Below, in pieces: positions 8,487 to 18,063 of a DNA stretch of 64,000 bases. The notes beneath the pieces were generated by a model that was not told the origin of the DNA, did no database searches, and saw only the letters and a program-made list of their open reading frames with translations. Each line of letters opens with the position of its first letter. Positions within the stretch are counted from its first letter, which is position 1. Origin of the DNA: Planctomycetota bacterium (lineage in GTDB: Bacteria > Planctomycetota > GCA-002687715 > CAIWVZ01); the NCBI GenBank assembly GCA_044222185.1, contig JBGANV010000007.1:96001-160000 (forward strand), given 5' to 3'. A program made the translations under genes and the position numbers.

Positions 8487-11400
8487 TCAGGGCAAGAGGA
8501 GGCCGCGGGCTCTCAGGATGTCGCGCAGGGCGGCAACCGCCGACGGCTCGGCGGTATCGATGGCTCGCAGCCCATCGGATCGGATGCGTCCCCGGATCAT
8601 GCGGCGCCATGACTGGGGCGTCGTCGGGGCGAACGCGATCCGGGTTCCGGCGACCGTGCTCACGGTGAGCGGGCGACCCATTCTGTCGAACCATCTCTGG
8701 GCGAACGCCACGCGCGCGTCGTCGGAGGGCAGATTTGCCGCCACATCGGCGACGGCCCGCAACGTCTCGACCGTGTCGTCGAGCGAGGCGACGAAGGCCA
8801 CCAGGTCGCGAGGCTCGATCGGAGCCGGCGCCGAGTCCGTGCCGGTGGCCGCGGCCGCCAGTTGCTCGAAGGCCTGGGGCTGAACCGGGCCAAGCACGGC
8901 GAACAGGGCGACGCGATCACGCGCCGTGCGTCCGACGGACCAGCGGCGCCACAAGTCCAGGAGTTCCGGCCCCAGCGCCTTCTTCGCCGACGCAGGGAGG
9001 AGTCGGACGACGTCGATGACGGAACCTCGCTCCGGTCCCTCGGGCGCCGATGGATCCGGGCACGCCTCGGGCGACCCGAGGTAGTGCTTCAGGTCTTCCT
9101 TCGTCCATTGCGCCGCTCGTGCGGTCAGCGGCGATCCGTCGGGCAATCGTCCGAATCGTTGCACGTCCTGCGGCGTTGCCTGATTCGAAAGGTCGCTCCA
9201 CCAGGCGTTGACGTCCGCGTCGCTGGCGTTCTGGCTTCGGGTGAGCGCCGCCTCGAGCCAGCCGCGCACGATCGTGCCGGCGTCGGGCTCGCCGGCGCGC
9301 GCGCGCAGTCGCGTGTCGGTCCGCGTGTTCTCCGGATCGTCGAGGCTCCAAGGCACGGCGATGAAGTGCGCGTCGCCGAGAGCCCTGATGAGGATCGAGA
9401 CGATGGGCCCCTCGCGGGTTTGCGACAGCGCTGCCGCCACGGTTTCCGGATCGAACTCGACCCTCCGCCTGACCTCCGCCTCGAGCATCTGGAGCCGCGA
9501 CTCGGAGAGGTTTTGAAGCGCAACGAGCCGCGCGATCGGCAGGTCCTCGAATGGATTCGCTTCGATCCGAGCCAGGGCGGAGACGACTTCGTCGGCCACG
9601 TCCCGGGGGACGTCCTGCCGGAGTGCCTCGCGGAGGATCGCGACGGCGTCCGGCCGATCGAGAATCAGCTCCAGCGCTCTCTGCGCCGTCTCGCGGGACC
9701 TGAGTCGGGCGACGAACACGGGGACGGGAAGCGCGGCGCGGTCTCGCTTGTCGATCGCCTCGAGCGCCGGCATGGCCCATTCCGCGGAGCCCGTCGACGC
9801 CAGGCCCATGAGCATCAGTCCGAGAGTCGACTGGATCGGGACGCGTCCGCGCATGCGCGCGAGTACGGTCGTCGTCACGTCCTGCGCACGGGCGCTCGTG
9901 GCCGGATCGCCGCGCGCCCAGGCCACGATCACGCGGACGCGTTCCTGGATTGCCGCTGCGTCCGTGTCCGTCGTCACGGCCTCCGTTGGCAACGCTCCCG
10001 GGTCGAGGTCTCCGTTCACGAGGCTCGCGACGAGTGCGTCGGCGGCCGCGCGGTGCAACGCGGCGGCCTCGTCGAGCAACGTGGAAAACGATGCGTCGAC
10101 GCGTGCCCCGAACGGCGGGCGGACGACTGCCGCGCCGAACTCCAAGCCAAGCCGGGCCCATCGCACGTCGCCACGGTCCGTGGCGAGACGGCCGCGCACG
10201 AGGCGAATCAGCTCGAGCCAGCTGGCGAGCACGGCTTCGCTCCCGGTTGCGTCGCCGGTGACGATGCCATCGACGGTCGCGACCGCGTGAGCCGAGCCCG
10301 CGAAGGCGTCATTCAACCGCAGGTCGAGGATCGCATCCAGTCGCTCGCCGCGAGCGTCGGCCGAAGAGTCGTCGCCCCGTCGATCTCCCAGGGCCCTCAC
10401 GAGCATTCCCGGGTCGAACGAGCGTCGGATCGCGATCAACGCGGCGAGCCGCGCTTGCAGCGGCGTCATGGCCGGATCGCCGAGTTTCCAGCGGTCACCG
10501 AAGGCGCGCCCCTCGGTGGTCTGGCCGATGGCTGCGGCCAGCGCGGCGAGGGCCTCGATCGCGGGCGGATCGCCGAGGATCTCGGCGATCACGGGGCCGT
10601 TCAGGAGCTCCGTTCGATTCGCGCCCAGGGCCAGTACGAGCGGTACAAGCACCTCGGGCGTGCGAAGGAGCGGCGCGAGAGACCTCACCGCAGAGGCGAG
10701 CGTGGGACATGCGTCCGCGAGCGGAAGCCCGGCGAGCATGTCGAGGCGCGCGCGAAGAACGGCAGCGTCCGTGATGGACGGCAACGCCGCAATTGTCTCG
10801 TCGCGGATCTTCCCGATCGTCGCGGTCGAGAGCGCGTTCACGGTCGTCCGCGGCGCAACGGGCGCGCCCTCGTCCACGGCCCTGACGGCCATCCACGCGC
10901 CAGCGCCGACCAGCGCCGGGTTCTGAACCGCCCAGGCCGAATCCGGCGGCCAGGAGGCCTCGGTCGCGGACGTCACGACGAGTCGCATCCGGACCGTTCG
11001 CCGGCCGTCGTCTCCCGCGTCGTCGAAACCGATGAGGATCCGGTCATCGCGCAGGTCACCGGATGGCGTCGCCGTCAGGATCTGGCAGCCGGGCGGCAGC
11101 GGGCACTCGACGAGGAGCGGACCCGAGTCCTTCGGCGCCGTCACGCTCGTCTGGACGTCGAGCATCTCGCCGACGCGAAACGACAGCCGATCGGGCGCGC
11201 TGGCGGGCAGCGGCGAATCGGCACCGGCTCGTCGTACCTCGCGGACGACCGAGAGCAGGCCTGTCGAGGTGCGCGCCGCGTCCGGCCGCGGATGCCACGG
11301 GCGACGAATGAACGCGAAGACGGGACCGCTCGTCGCACGAACGGTGAAGGGGCGATCCTGCGCGCTCAAGTCGATCGTCTTCCGTGCGCCGCGACCAGCG

Positions 11401-14400
11401 ACGAGATCCACCGTCGAGACGGAGGGAACGCCCTCGACGTGCACGGTGACCGGAGGCAGCTCGGTGGGAAGCGGTGTCGTCCGAGTGCGCGCGAGCGCCG
11501 CGATGGCCAGCGCTCGCGAAAGCGGATCGCTCTCCGGGTTCGCTGCAAGCGCCGTCGTCACGGCCTCCGCCAATCGCTTGCGAACGGGCGGCGAGGCCTC
11601 GACCAGCGCCGCGAGCTCGAGCCTGTGCGCGGCCCGGGCGACGGCACTCTCGAGCCACGCCGGGCGAGTCACGTCGGCCACGGTGTCGCCGGCTTCGATC
11701 CGCGAGAAGGCAAGCTGGGCGCCCTCCGCGTCACCGGCGCGAGCGAGGACTGCTGCCGCCCAGGCGAGCAGCCCTGGAGGCTGGCGCGTCGATTGGCGGA
11801 CGAACGCCGCCACGGCATCGCGCGCGAACGCATGCGTCGCGTCGTACTCGAACGCGGCAATGGCCGTCGTCGTGACGATGGTCGGACGCTGCGCCACCGG
11901 CACGCGGTTGTTCCACGGCGCGAACTCCTGGATCTCCTCACCTTGGACGGCGACGGCGCCGTTTCCCCGCGCATCACTGAAGATCCTCCCGGCGAGGCGG
12001 GGGAACCCATCGCGGAAGTCGGGGAGGACGTTCAGCGCGTCGACGTCCAGGCCGAACGATCGAGCTACGGCGAACAGGTGAACGAGTCCCGGCGTCAGCT
12101 CGAAGTCCGTCGCCACGCCCTGGAGGCGCGCGAGGCCGTCCGCGGTACGGAACGTCCGCAGTCGGGCCGCGCGTTCGCCCGCGGCGCGGCGGGTGAGCTC
12201 GTCGCCGCCACTTGGCACCGGGTCTCCGAGGAGCTGCGCGAGCATGGTCGCAGCGAGGGCGTCGGCGGTGGGTGTACCGTCGACGAGGAGCTCCTCGCGG
12301 ACCTGGCGCACGAGTGCTGCTTCGCCGTACGCGAGGATGAGGGCCGTACCCGGCACTGTTTCCGCCGCCACGCTCGTGGCTTGACCGGCCGTCACGGGTT
12401 CCGTTCGCCACGTGCGTCCGACGGGCGTTGCGCCGACGGGGAAACGGGCCGAGTTCGTCGCGGCGACCCGGCCGTCCGCGCCCGCGGCCAGCACGCGGAA
12501 TTCGACGGAACCCGCGTTCGTGCGCGCCTGGATCCCGTAACGCCGCACGGCGACCTCGCCGGGCGTGAGCGTGATCGACTCGTGGGCGTCGATGAGCGGC
12601 GGATCGGTGACCGCGCCCGCGGCGATCGCCGTCGCGCGCAGTTCCAGGGTTCGTGGGGCGGCTTCGTCGGGGCCGATCCTCACCACGACCGTGGTCTGGT
12701 CACCTGGCCGCATGAACGACGGGGCGACGACGGCGATCGGCACGGCCCCGGTCGAGTCGATGGACGCCATGCCGAGACCCGGTGCACCGCCATCGTCGAA
12801 CGCGATCGCCGTGACACGCATGCGGCCAGGGCGATCCGGCATCGTCACGCGCGCCGCCACGCGCCCATCTGCGTCCGTCTCGAGGTCCGCGGCGAAGAAG
12901 ACCGTCCCCAGGGTGCTCGGCAACGTCCCCGACTCTCCGCGAAACGGGTTGAGCGGGGCCGACGGCGCGCTCACGCCGACCGAGCGGAACACGACGGAGT
13001 CATCGGACTCGCTCAGCACCGCGCCGACGGATCCGCCGGAGATCAGCTGGCCGACGACGCGCAGCGGCCTGTTGAGCGGAGCCGTGGCGAGCGTGTGGAC
13101 GTAGCTCGGTCGCAGCTGCGGTCGCATCAGTTCCGCGAGGTCCGAAGCGCGCAGATTGAACAGCGCTTGATCCTCGTCGACGACGGACAGGGCCACGCGG
13201 GCCTGTCTCGGGTTGCCGTTCCGGCTCGTCACGCGGACGGCGATCGAGGCTTCGGCGCCGGGTTGCACGCGCCGCGGAGCATCGCAGGCGACGACGAGGT
13301 TGCCGCCGGGTGGCGCCACGTCGACGACCAACGCCGCGTCGGCAGGGCGTTCGCGACGGGCTCGGAGTTCAGTCGCGACCGCCGCTCCCTCGCAAGGGCC
13401 GCTGGCGCGGCTGGCCGCGAGTTGAACGCGCGGCCACCACCTGCCGTCGGTCGCGAACGTCGCGGTGCCCTCCCCCCGATCGTCGAGCAGGACGCTCTGG
13501 ACGGCGATGGGGCCGATGCGCACCGCCGACACGAGGAAGCGCGTCCCGGGATCGCCGCGGAGCCGGACGGTGAGCGGTTCGCCCACGGCGGGGGCTGGTG
13601 TTTCGAGGTCCAGGGTCGCCACGGCGTCGGCCGTGCGCGCCGATCCTTCCGAGGGCACCCGGATGTCCCCGTTCCACGCGACGGTGGCCTGGTCGGATCC
13701 GCGGACGAGAATGCTGAGCTTGACCACGCCTTCGCGGACCAACGCCGCGGCGTCGAGTCCGGAAAGGCCCAACGACAGCTGTGTCCGTCCCGAGTCGTCC
13801 ACCGTGAACTCGTGGGATTCGCGATGGGCTCCGAGGGTGCAGGTGAGAGTTCCAGTCAGAGGCCCCGGCGACGTACCGTTCGACAGCCGCGCCGTGACGT
13901 CGATCTGCGGGTCGGGGTCGCCGGGGCGGTAGGTCGACGTCGTTCGTGCGTGGATCGTCAGCGGCGATCGCGCGGAGTCGCGCACGGAGAAGACCGGGAC
14001 GTCGGCCGCGACGTCGGCGTCGTCTTCGGGCTTGTCATCCGCCGGGACCTGCACGCGGATGCGCGCCACGCCCGGCCCCACGCCCGCGGGGAGCGTGAAC
14101 GTGACGTCGAATCCGCCGTGTTCGTCCGTGGCCCCGTGGAACGCGAGCGTCTGCGGTTGACGCGGAAACGCCGTGACGACGACCCTCGTTCTTGCTGCGC
14201 GGGTGAGACCCCAGGGGCGGTCGGGCAGCATGCCGGCGGCCGGCTCCTGACCGATCCCTGCCAGCTTCCAAAGCGAGACGCGCATGCGGACGACGTCGCC
14301 CGGGTCGTGGAAGGCCCGGTCCACGTCGACGTGCGCGACGTGTCCGGGGATCGTCGCCGGCTGGACCGCATCGGCTGTGAACGCGGCGACGGCGAGGTGT

Positions 14401-15467
14401 CGGCCGTACGACGCCTGGATGAGGGTGTGACGCGGTGCGAGCGCTCCCACCCAGGTGCCATCGTCGCGAGTCACGCCCGTGATCACCGCCGGCCATGCGC
14501 CGCCGTCGGTGCGATTGAACCCGGCCTGGGCTCTGGGATCGGTCGAGAACCGGAGTTTCACGCCAGGTGCGGGTTTGCCGGCGAGCGTCGCGAGGAGCGT
14601 CGCGCCGCCCGTCGTGCCGTGAGCGACGATCTCCAGGTCGGAGACGATGAGCGCGCGTACGCGACGTGCGCCCGTGACGGGGGAGGCGACCTCCACGCGA
14701 TACGCGCCGGGCTCGAAGCCGGGAAGCGGGTCGAGGGTGACGTCGCGGGGAAGGATGCGGTTGATCACGGGAGCCGAGGTCGGCGCGACGAACGACTCCG
14801 GCTCGAGCTCCTGCGTGTCGACGTCGATTCGGTGGACCTGCAGCGCGACGGATTCGGCGAGCGGCCACGGAAGGGGAATGGGCGTGCCGGAGGGGATCCG
14901 GATGGACGAGGGCCGCTGGCTCGCGAATTCGAGCAGGTAGCGCCGGGCCTGATCGAGGGCGAGGTGATCGGACGTCGGGATTCGCGCGCGCCGTGCGACG
15001 ACGTCGGCGAAGCCGGGCAGGAGCGCGGCGACCTCCGCGGACGAGGGGGCCTCGACGCGATGACGGCCGTCCCCCTCGGGGCGTTCGACGAATGGCTCGA
15101 AGAGGTCGGCACAGGACTGGGATTCGATGAGCATCGCCGCGAGGCCGGCGACGATCGCCGTGTCGGCGGCGGCGTCGTCGACGTAGGCGCGAGCGACGCC
15201 GAGCATCGCCCGCGGTCGCCGGCTCGGCGGCTCGGCCGCCGCGCGCAGGAGTGCGATCCGCGGAGCCATCTCCGTGGCGACAGCGGGATCGAGCGTGAAC
15301 GTGAGGTCGTCGAGCGCGGTGCGTGCGAGGACGGAGTCGTCGCGCAGCAGGGCTTCCTGGATCGGCGCCAGCGGCGACGAGGCGGGGAGCAGGACCTGGG
15401 CCGAAGCATGGCCCGCGAGGAGCGCGGACCCGACGGCAGCGAGCACCCGGATGATGAGAGTGCGCAT
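8487..15467 (-). CDS. Large secreted alpha-2-macroglobulin-like protein (MG domains), no thioester motif
   Basis: Signal peptide (..AGHASA-Q); MG2-like VDRAFHDPGDVV; A2M-like TVFFAADLETDADGRVAARVTMPDRPGRMRVTAIA and APSFMRPGD; bMG10-like FRVGEMLDV..LLVECPLPPGC..DLRDDRI. Confidence 0.8.
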   Translation of the reverse strand: MRTLIIRVLAAVGSALLAGHASAQVLLPASSPLAPIQEALLRDDSVLARTALDDLTFTLDPAVATEMAPRIALLRAAAEPPSRRPRAMLGVARAYVDDAAADTAIVAGLAAMLIESQSCADLFEPFVERPEGDGRHRVEAPSSAEVAALLPGFADVVARRARIPTSDHLALDQARRYLLEFASQRPSSIRIPSGTPIPLPWPLAESVALQVHRIDVDTQELEPESFVAPTSAPVINRILPRDVTLDPLPGFEPGAYRVEVASPVTGARRVRALIVSDLEIVAHGTTGGATLLATLAGKPAPGVKLRFSTDPRAQAGFNRTDGGAWPAVITGVTRDDGTWVGALAPRHTLIQASYGRHLAVAAFTADAVQPATIPGHVAHVDVDRAFHDPGDVVRMRVSLWKLAGIGQEPAAGMLPDRPWGLTRAARTRVVVTAFPRQPQTLAFHGATDEHGGFDVTFTLPAGVGPGVARIRVQVPADDKPEDDADVAADVPVFSVRDSARSPLTIHARTTSTYRPGDPDPQIDVTARLSNGTSPGPLTGTLTCTLGAHRESHEFTVDDSGRTQLSLGLSGLDAAALVREGVVKLSILVRGSDQATVAWNGDIRVPSEGSARTADAVATLDLETPAPAVGEPLTVRLRGDPGTRFLVSAVRIGPIAVQSVLLDDRGEGTATFATDGRWWPRVQLAASRASGPCEGAAVATELRARRERPADAALVVDVAPPGGNLVVACDAPRRVQPGAEASIAVRVTSRNGNPRQARVALSVVDEDQALFNLRASDLAELMRPQLRPSYVHTLATAPLNRPLRVVGQLISGGSVGAVLSESDDSVVFRSVGVSAPSAPLNPFRGESGTLPSTLGTVFFAADLETDADGRVAARVTMPDRPGRMRVTAIAFDDGGAPGLGMASIDSTGAVPIAVVAPSFMRPGDQTTVVVRIGPDEAAPRTLELRATAIAAGAVTDPPLIDAHESITLTPGEVAVRRYGIQARTNAGSVEFRVLAAGADGRVAATNSARFPVGATPVGRTWRTEPVTAGQATSVAAETVPGTALILAYGEAALVRQVREELLVDGTPTADALAATMLAQLLGDPVPSGGDELTRRAAGERAARLRTFRTADGLARLQGVATDFELTPGLVHLFAVARSFGLDVDALNVLPDFRDGFPRLAGRIFSDARGNGAVAVQGEEIQEFAPWNNRVPVAQRPTIVTTTAIAAFEYDATHAFARDAVAAFVRQSTRQPPGLLAWAAAVLARAGDAEGAQLAFSRIEAGDTVADVTRPAWLESAVARAAHRLELAALVEASPPVRKRLAEAVTTALAANPESDPLSRALAIAALARTRTTPLPTELPPVTVHVEGVPSVSTVDLVAGRGARKTIDLSAQDRPFTVRATSGPVFAFIRRPWHPRPDAARTSTGLLSVVREVRRAGADSPLPASAPDRLSFRVGEMLDVQTSVTAPKDSGPLLVECPLPPGCQILTATPSGDLRDDRILIGFDDAGDDGRRTVRMRLVVTSATEASWPPDSAWAVQNPALVGAGAWMAVRAVDEGAPVAPRTTVNALSTATIGKIRDETIAALPSITDAAVLRARLDMLAGLPLADACPTLASAVRSLAPLLRTPEVLVPLVLALGANRTELLNGPVIAEILGDPPAIEALAALAAAIGQTTEGRAFGDRWKLGDPAMTPLQARLAALIAIRRSFDPGMLVRALGDRRGDDSSADARGERLDAILDLRLNDAFAGSAHAVATVDGIVTGDATGSEAVLASWLELIRLVRGRLATDRGDVRWARLGLEFGAAVVRPPFGARVDASFSTLLDEAAALHRAAADALVASLVNGDLDPGALPTEAVTTDTDAAAIQERVRVIVAWARGDPATSARAQDVTTTVLARMRGRVPIQSTLGLMLMGLASTGSAEWAMPALEAIDKRDRAALPVPVFVARLRSRETAQRALELILDRPDAVAILREALRQDVPRDVADEVVSALARIEANPFEDLPIARLVALQNLSESRLQMLEAEVRRRVEFDPETVAAALSQTREGPIVSILIRALGDAHFIAVPWSLDDPENTRTDTRLRARAGEPDAGTIVRGWLEAALTRSQNASDADVNAWWSDLSNQATPQDVQRFGRLPDGSPLTARAAQWTKEDLKHYLGSPEACPDPSAPEGPERGSVIDVVRLLPASAKKALGPELLDLWRRWSVGRTARDRVALFAVLGPVQPQAFEQLAAAATGTDSAPAPIEPRDLVAFVASLDDTVETLRAVADVAANLPSDDARVAFAQRWFDRMGRPLTVSTVAGTRIAFAPTTPQSWRRMIRGRIRSDGLRAIDTAEPSAVAALRDILRARGLLLP

Positions 15468-15537
15468 GAGCCCGAGGGAGGTAGGACCGGTGGCGGGGGT
15501 CCGCGGCGGAGTCTACCACGCAGCCCCGCGACGGCGG

Positions 15538-16638
15538 CTATGCGTTTCGTGCGCGGTCGCGCAGCGGTTCTTGGCGCACGAGACAGTCCCGGCACGGCGA
15601 AGGGACCTCACCCGTGGCCATGGCGCGGCGAAGGCTGCGCGCCGGCGCGCCATTCCAGACGGCGTCGAATCCTTCGCGGTAGACGTTCCCGAGTCGGAGT
15701 TCGCGGGGTCCGCGACAACACGGAAAGGCCTCGCCGTCGGGCTCGACCTTCAGGTAATGACCGACCTGGGGGCAATACCCCGCCGCTTCGAGTGCCAGCT
15801 TGTCCTGCAGCGAGTCGACGACCAATGCCTCGGTGATCCGCAGGCCCTCCTCGCGGACCTTCCAGCGGCCTCCATGCGGACCGGCGATCCGGAGCGTGAG
15901 GTTGACCCCGCGGCGATGCGCCCGTTCCCGGGACGTTCGCAGGATCTCCTCCACTCGCTCGGCGCCGAGCCGGGCGACCGAGTGCTCCGCCGCATCGCTG
16001 GTGTTGTAGAGCTGCTCGAGAACCGTCACCTCGAACCCACCGTGATCCGCCACGAAGTCGATGAGCTCGGGGAGATGCGGAGCCGTTTCCGCCATGAACA
16101 CCGAGTGGACGACGCAAGCGATCTGCTCCGCCACGGCCCGCTGGAGCGCGTAGGTGATGTTGGGCAGGGCCTTCGCCCATTTTGCGGGCCACCGAACGGC
16201 CTCGAAGACGTGTGGAACGCTGGAATCGAGGGAGAGAGTGAGGCGGTAGAGGTGCGGCACCAGGCGGTCGAGCACCTCGGGCGTGAGCAGCGTCACGTTC
16301 GTGATGAGGTCGATGAACACGCGGTGCTCGCGGCACATGGCGATCATCGTGTCCACGTCGTTCAAGAGCGGCTCGCTCGTCGCCGACGGCACCCAAACGG
16401 TGACGCTCGGCAGGACGGAGCCGAGAAACGTGACCGCCTCAGCTTTCGGGGCGCGAATGACGGGCGGGTTCTCGGCCTGGCTGCACATGGGGCATCGCAG
16501 GTTGCACGCGGACGTGAAGGCATATTCCAGGATCGAAGGCCCGTGCTCGAACTGCTCGTCTCCTCGCGTGACGGACCGAGCTTCGCGTACGAACGCGCGG
16601 AGCACGGCGTCGACTTTTGCAGTGGTCGGATCGGGCAT
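15538..16638 (-). CDS. Radical SAM protein with SPASM/twitch domain
   Basis: CNLRCPMC; SEPLL; C-terminal YCPQ..VEPDGEAFPCC..LGNV..VWNG..PCRDC. Confidence 0.9.
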   Translation of the reverse strand: MPDPTTAKVDAVLRAFVREARSVTRGDEQFEHGPSILEYAFTSACNLRCPMCSQAENPPVIRAPKAEAVTFLGSVLPSVTVWVPSATSEPLLNDVDTMIAMCREHRVFIDLITNVTLLTPEVLDRLVPHLYRLTLSLDSSVPHVFEAVRWPAKWAKALPNITYALQRAVAEQIACVVHSVFMAETAPHLPELIDFVADHGGFEVTVLEQLYNTSDAAEHSVARLGAERVEEILRTSRERAHRRGVNLTLRIAGPHGGRWKVREEGLRITEALVVDSLQDKLALEAAGYCPQVGHYLKVEPDGEAFPCCRGPRELRLGNVYREGFDAVWNGAPARSLRRAMATGEVPSPCRDCLVRQEPLRDRARNA

Positions 16639-16702
16639 GCGGACGCCATGGTAGCCGACCGCGGGCCGTGCGTATCATCGCCGCTCAACTGGAGGTTCAA
16701 CG

Positions 16703-17191
16703 ATGTCGAACAAGCCGCTGGTGGCCGTGTTGATGGGCAGCAAGTCGGACTGGGAGACGATGCGCCACTGCGACGAGACGCTCACGAGCTTCGAAGTCGC
16801 ACACGAGTGCCGCGTCATCTCCGCCCATCGTGCACCCGCTGCGCTGACGGAGTTCGTGAGTGGCGCCGAGGCTCGCGGGGTGGAGGTCCTCATCTGCGCC
16901 GCGGGCGGAGCGGCCCATCTCGCCGGGGTGACGGCCGCACAGACCGTCCTCCCGGTCCTCGGCATTCCCATGGAAGGCTCGGCGCTGAACGGGCTCGATG
17001 CGCTGCTCTCAACCGTTCAGATGCCCGGCGGAATTCCCGTCGGAACACTGGCGATCGGCAAGGCTGGCGCCGTGAACGCCGCGCTGCTCGCCGTCGCGAT
17101 CCTGGCCAACAAGCGGCCGGAGTTGCGGGACCGGCTGCGCCGATTCCGCGAGGATCAGACGAAGAAGGTCCTCGCGACGACCGTTCCCTGA
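16703..17191 (+). CDS. purE: N5-carboxyaminoimidazole ribonucleotide mutase
   Basis: MGSKSD, SAHR, AGGAAHL, VQMPGGIPVGT, NAALLA; GGAGG SD. Confidence 0.97.
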   Translation: MSNKPLVAVLMGSKSDWETMRHCDETLTSFEVAHECRVISAHRAPAALTEFVSGAEARGVEVLICAAGGAAHLAGVTAAQTVLPVLGIPMEGSALNGLDALLSTVQMPGGIPVGTLAIGKAGAVNAALLAVAILANKRPELRDRLRRFREDQTKKVLATTVP

Positions 17192-17208
17192 TCGGCGCGC
17201 GATCGCGG

Positions 17209-18051
17209 TCAGTACATGCGCTTCTTGCCGGCTGCGAGGCGCGCGATGGCCGCCGTGACGCGCTTCCTGCGTGTCTCCGGCTTCGCCGCCTGCTCGACGA
17301 GTTCGACCCAGTCGGCTTTCATGCGCGGCGTCAGCGTCTGCCACGTCGCAGTGGCCTTCGGCGAGGCTTTCAGCGCCTTGGCAAGATCGGCCGGCGGTCG
17401 CGTCGCGGTCGCGGCCGTCGATCGCTCGCGCTCCTCGTTTCCCAGTTCATAGGCGGCGCGCAGCCATTTGCCGACGAATGCGTCGATCTGCCCCACATCC
17501 GTGATGCGTATCCGATGGGTGATGCGGTTGCCGGCGGCGCGGCTCGACAGACGTTCGAGGCGGCCCGACGGAGTCTCGGTGCCCAGCGCCAACCCCAGGT
17601 CGATGCTCGTGTTCGTCGTCGGCTTGATCTCGGCGAAGGCGTATCTGCGATAGAGCGGCACCATGGTTTGACAGGGGCACGCCTTCACGTCGTCCGCGAG
17701 CGCGAGGCCTGCGGCGAGCAACGCGTCGTAGACCGGCCGAAGCCCCGCCCGTTTCCCGGCGAACAGGGCGTCGACCATCGACGCCGGGTCGTAGCTCTCG
17801 GCGGACCAGTCCTCACCGCCAGCGACCCAGGTTGCATAGTTGATCGAGAGCCCGTGGTCATTGCGGAGCCAGTCGCGGCGTGCGTTGACCTCCGCGGGGC
17901 CGTTCTTCCGTGCGAACTCGACCCACGACTCGAATGACCGCCCGGTCTTCTTTTCGAGCGACTTCCGGTAGCCATCCATCAACCGATAGGACGGATGGAG
18001 CGAATAGGGAGACGTCTTGGAAGCCTTCTTCCTGCGTGCGGGGGTCACCAT
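17209..18051 (-). CDS. DUF4287/DUF5655 protein with C-terminal YdeI/OmdA-like domain
   Basis: LEKKTGRSFESW..WLRNDHGL; ITHRIRITDVGQID..WLRAAY; PADLAKALKASPKATATWQTL..AAKPETRRKR. Confidence 0.75.
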   Translation of the reverse strand: MVTPARRKKASKTSPYSLHPSYRLMDGYRKSLEKKTGRSFESWVEFARKNGPAEVNARRDWLRNDHGLSINYATWVAGGEDWSAESYDPASMVDALFAGKRAGLRPVYDALLAAGLALADDVKACPCQTMVPLYRRYAFAEIKPTTNTSIDLGLALGTETPSGRLERLSSRAAGNRITHRIRITDVGQIDAFVGKWLRAAYELGNEERERSTAATATRPPADLAKALKASPKATATWQTLTPRMKADWVELVEQAAKPETRRKRVTAAIARLAAGKKRMY

Positions 18052-18063
18052 CGCGTCGATCTC

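Noticed and set aside
8862-15836. 2324-aa plus-strand ORF
   Set aside because: Antisense shadow of the A2M-like gene; Arg/Gly-rich with no motifs, as expected from high-GC codon bias.
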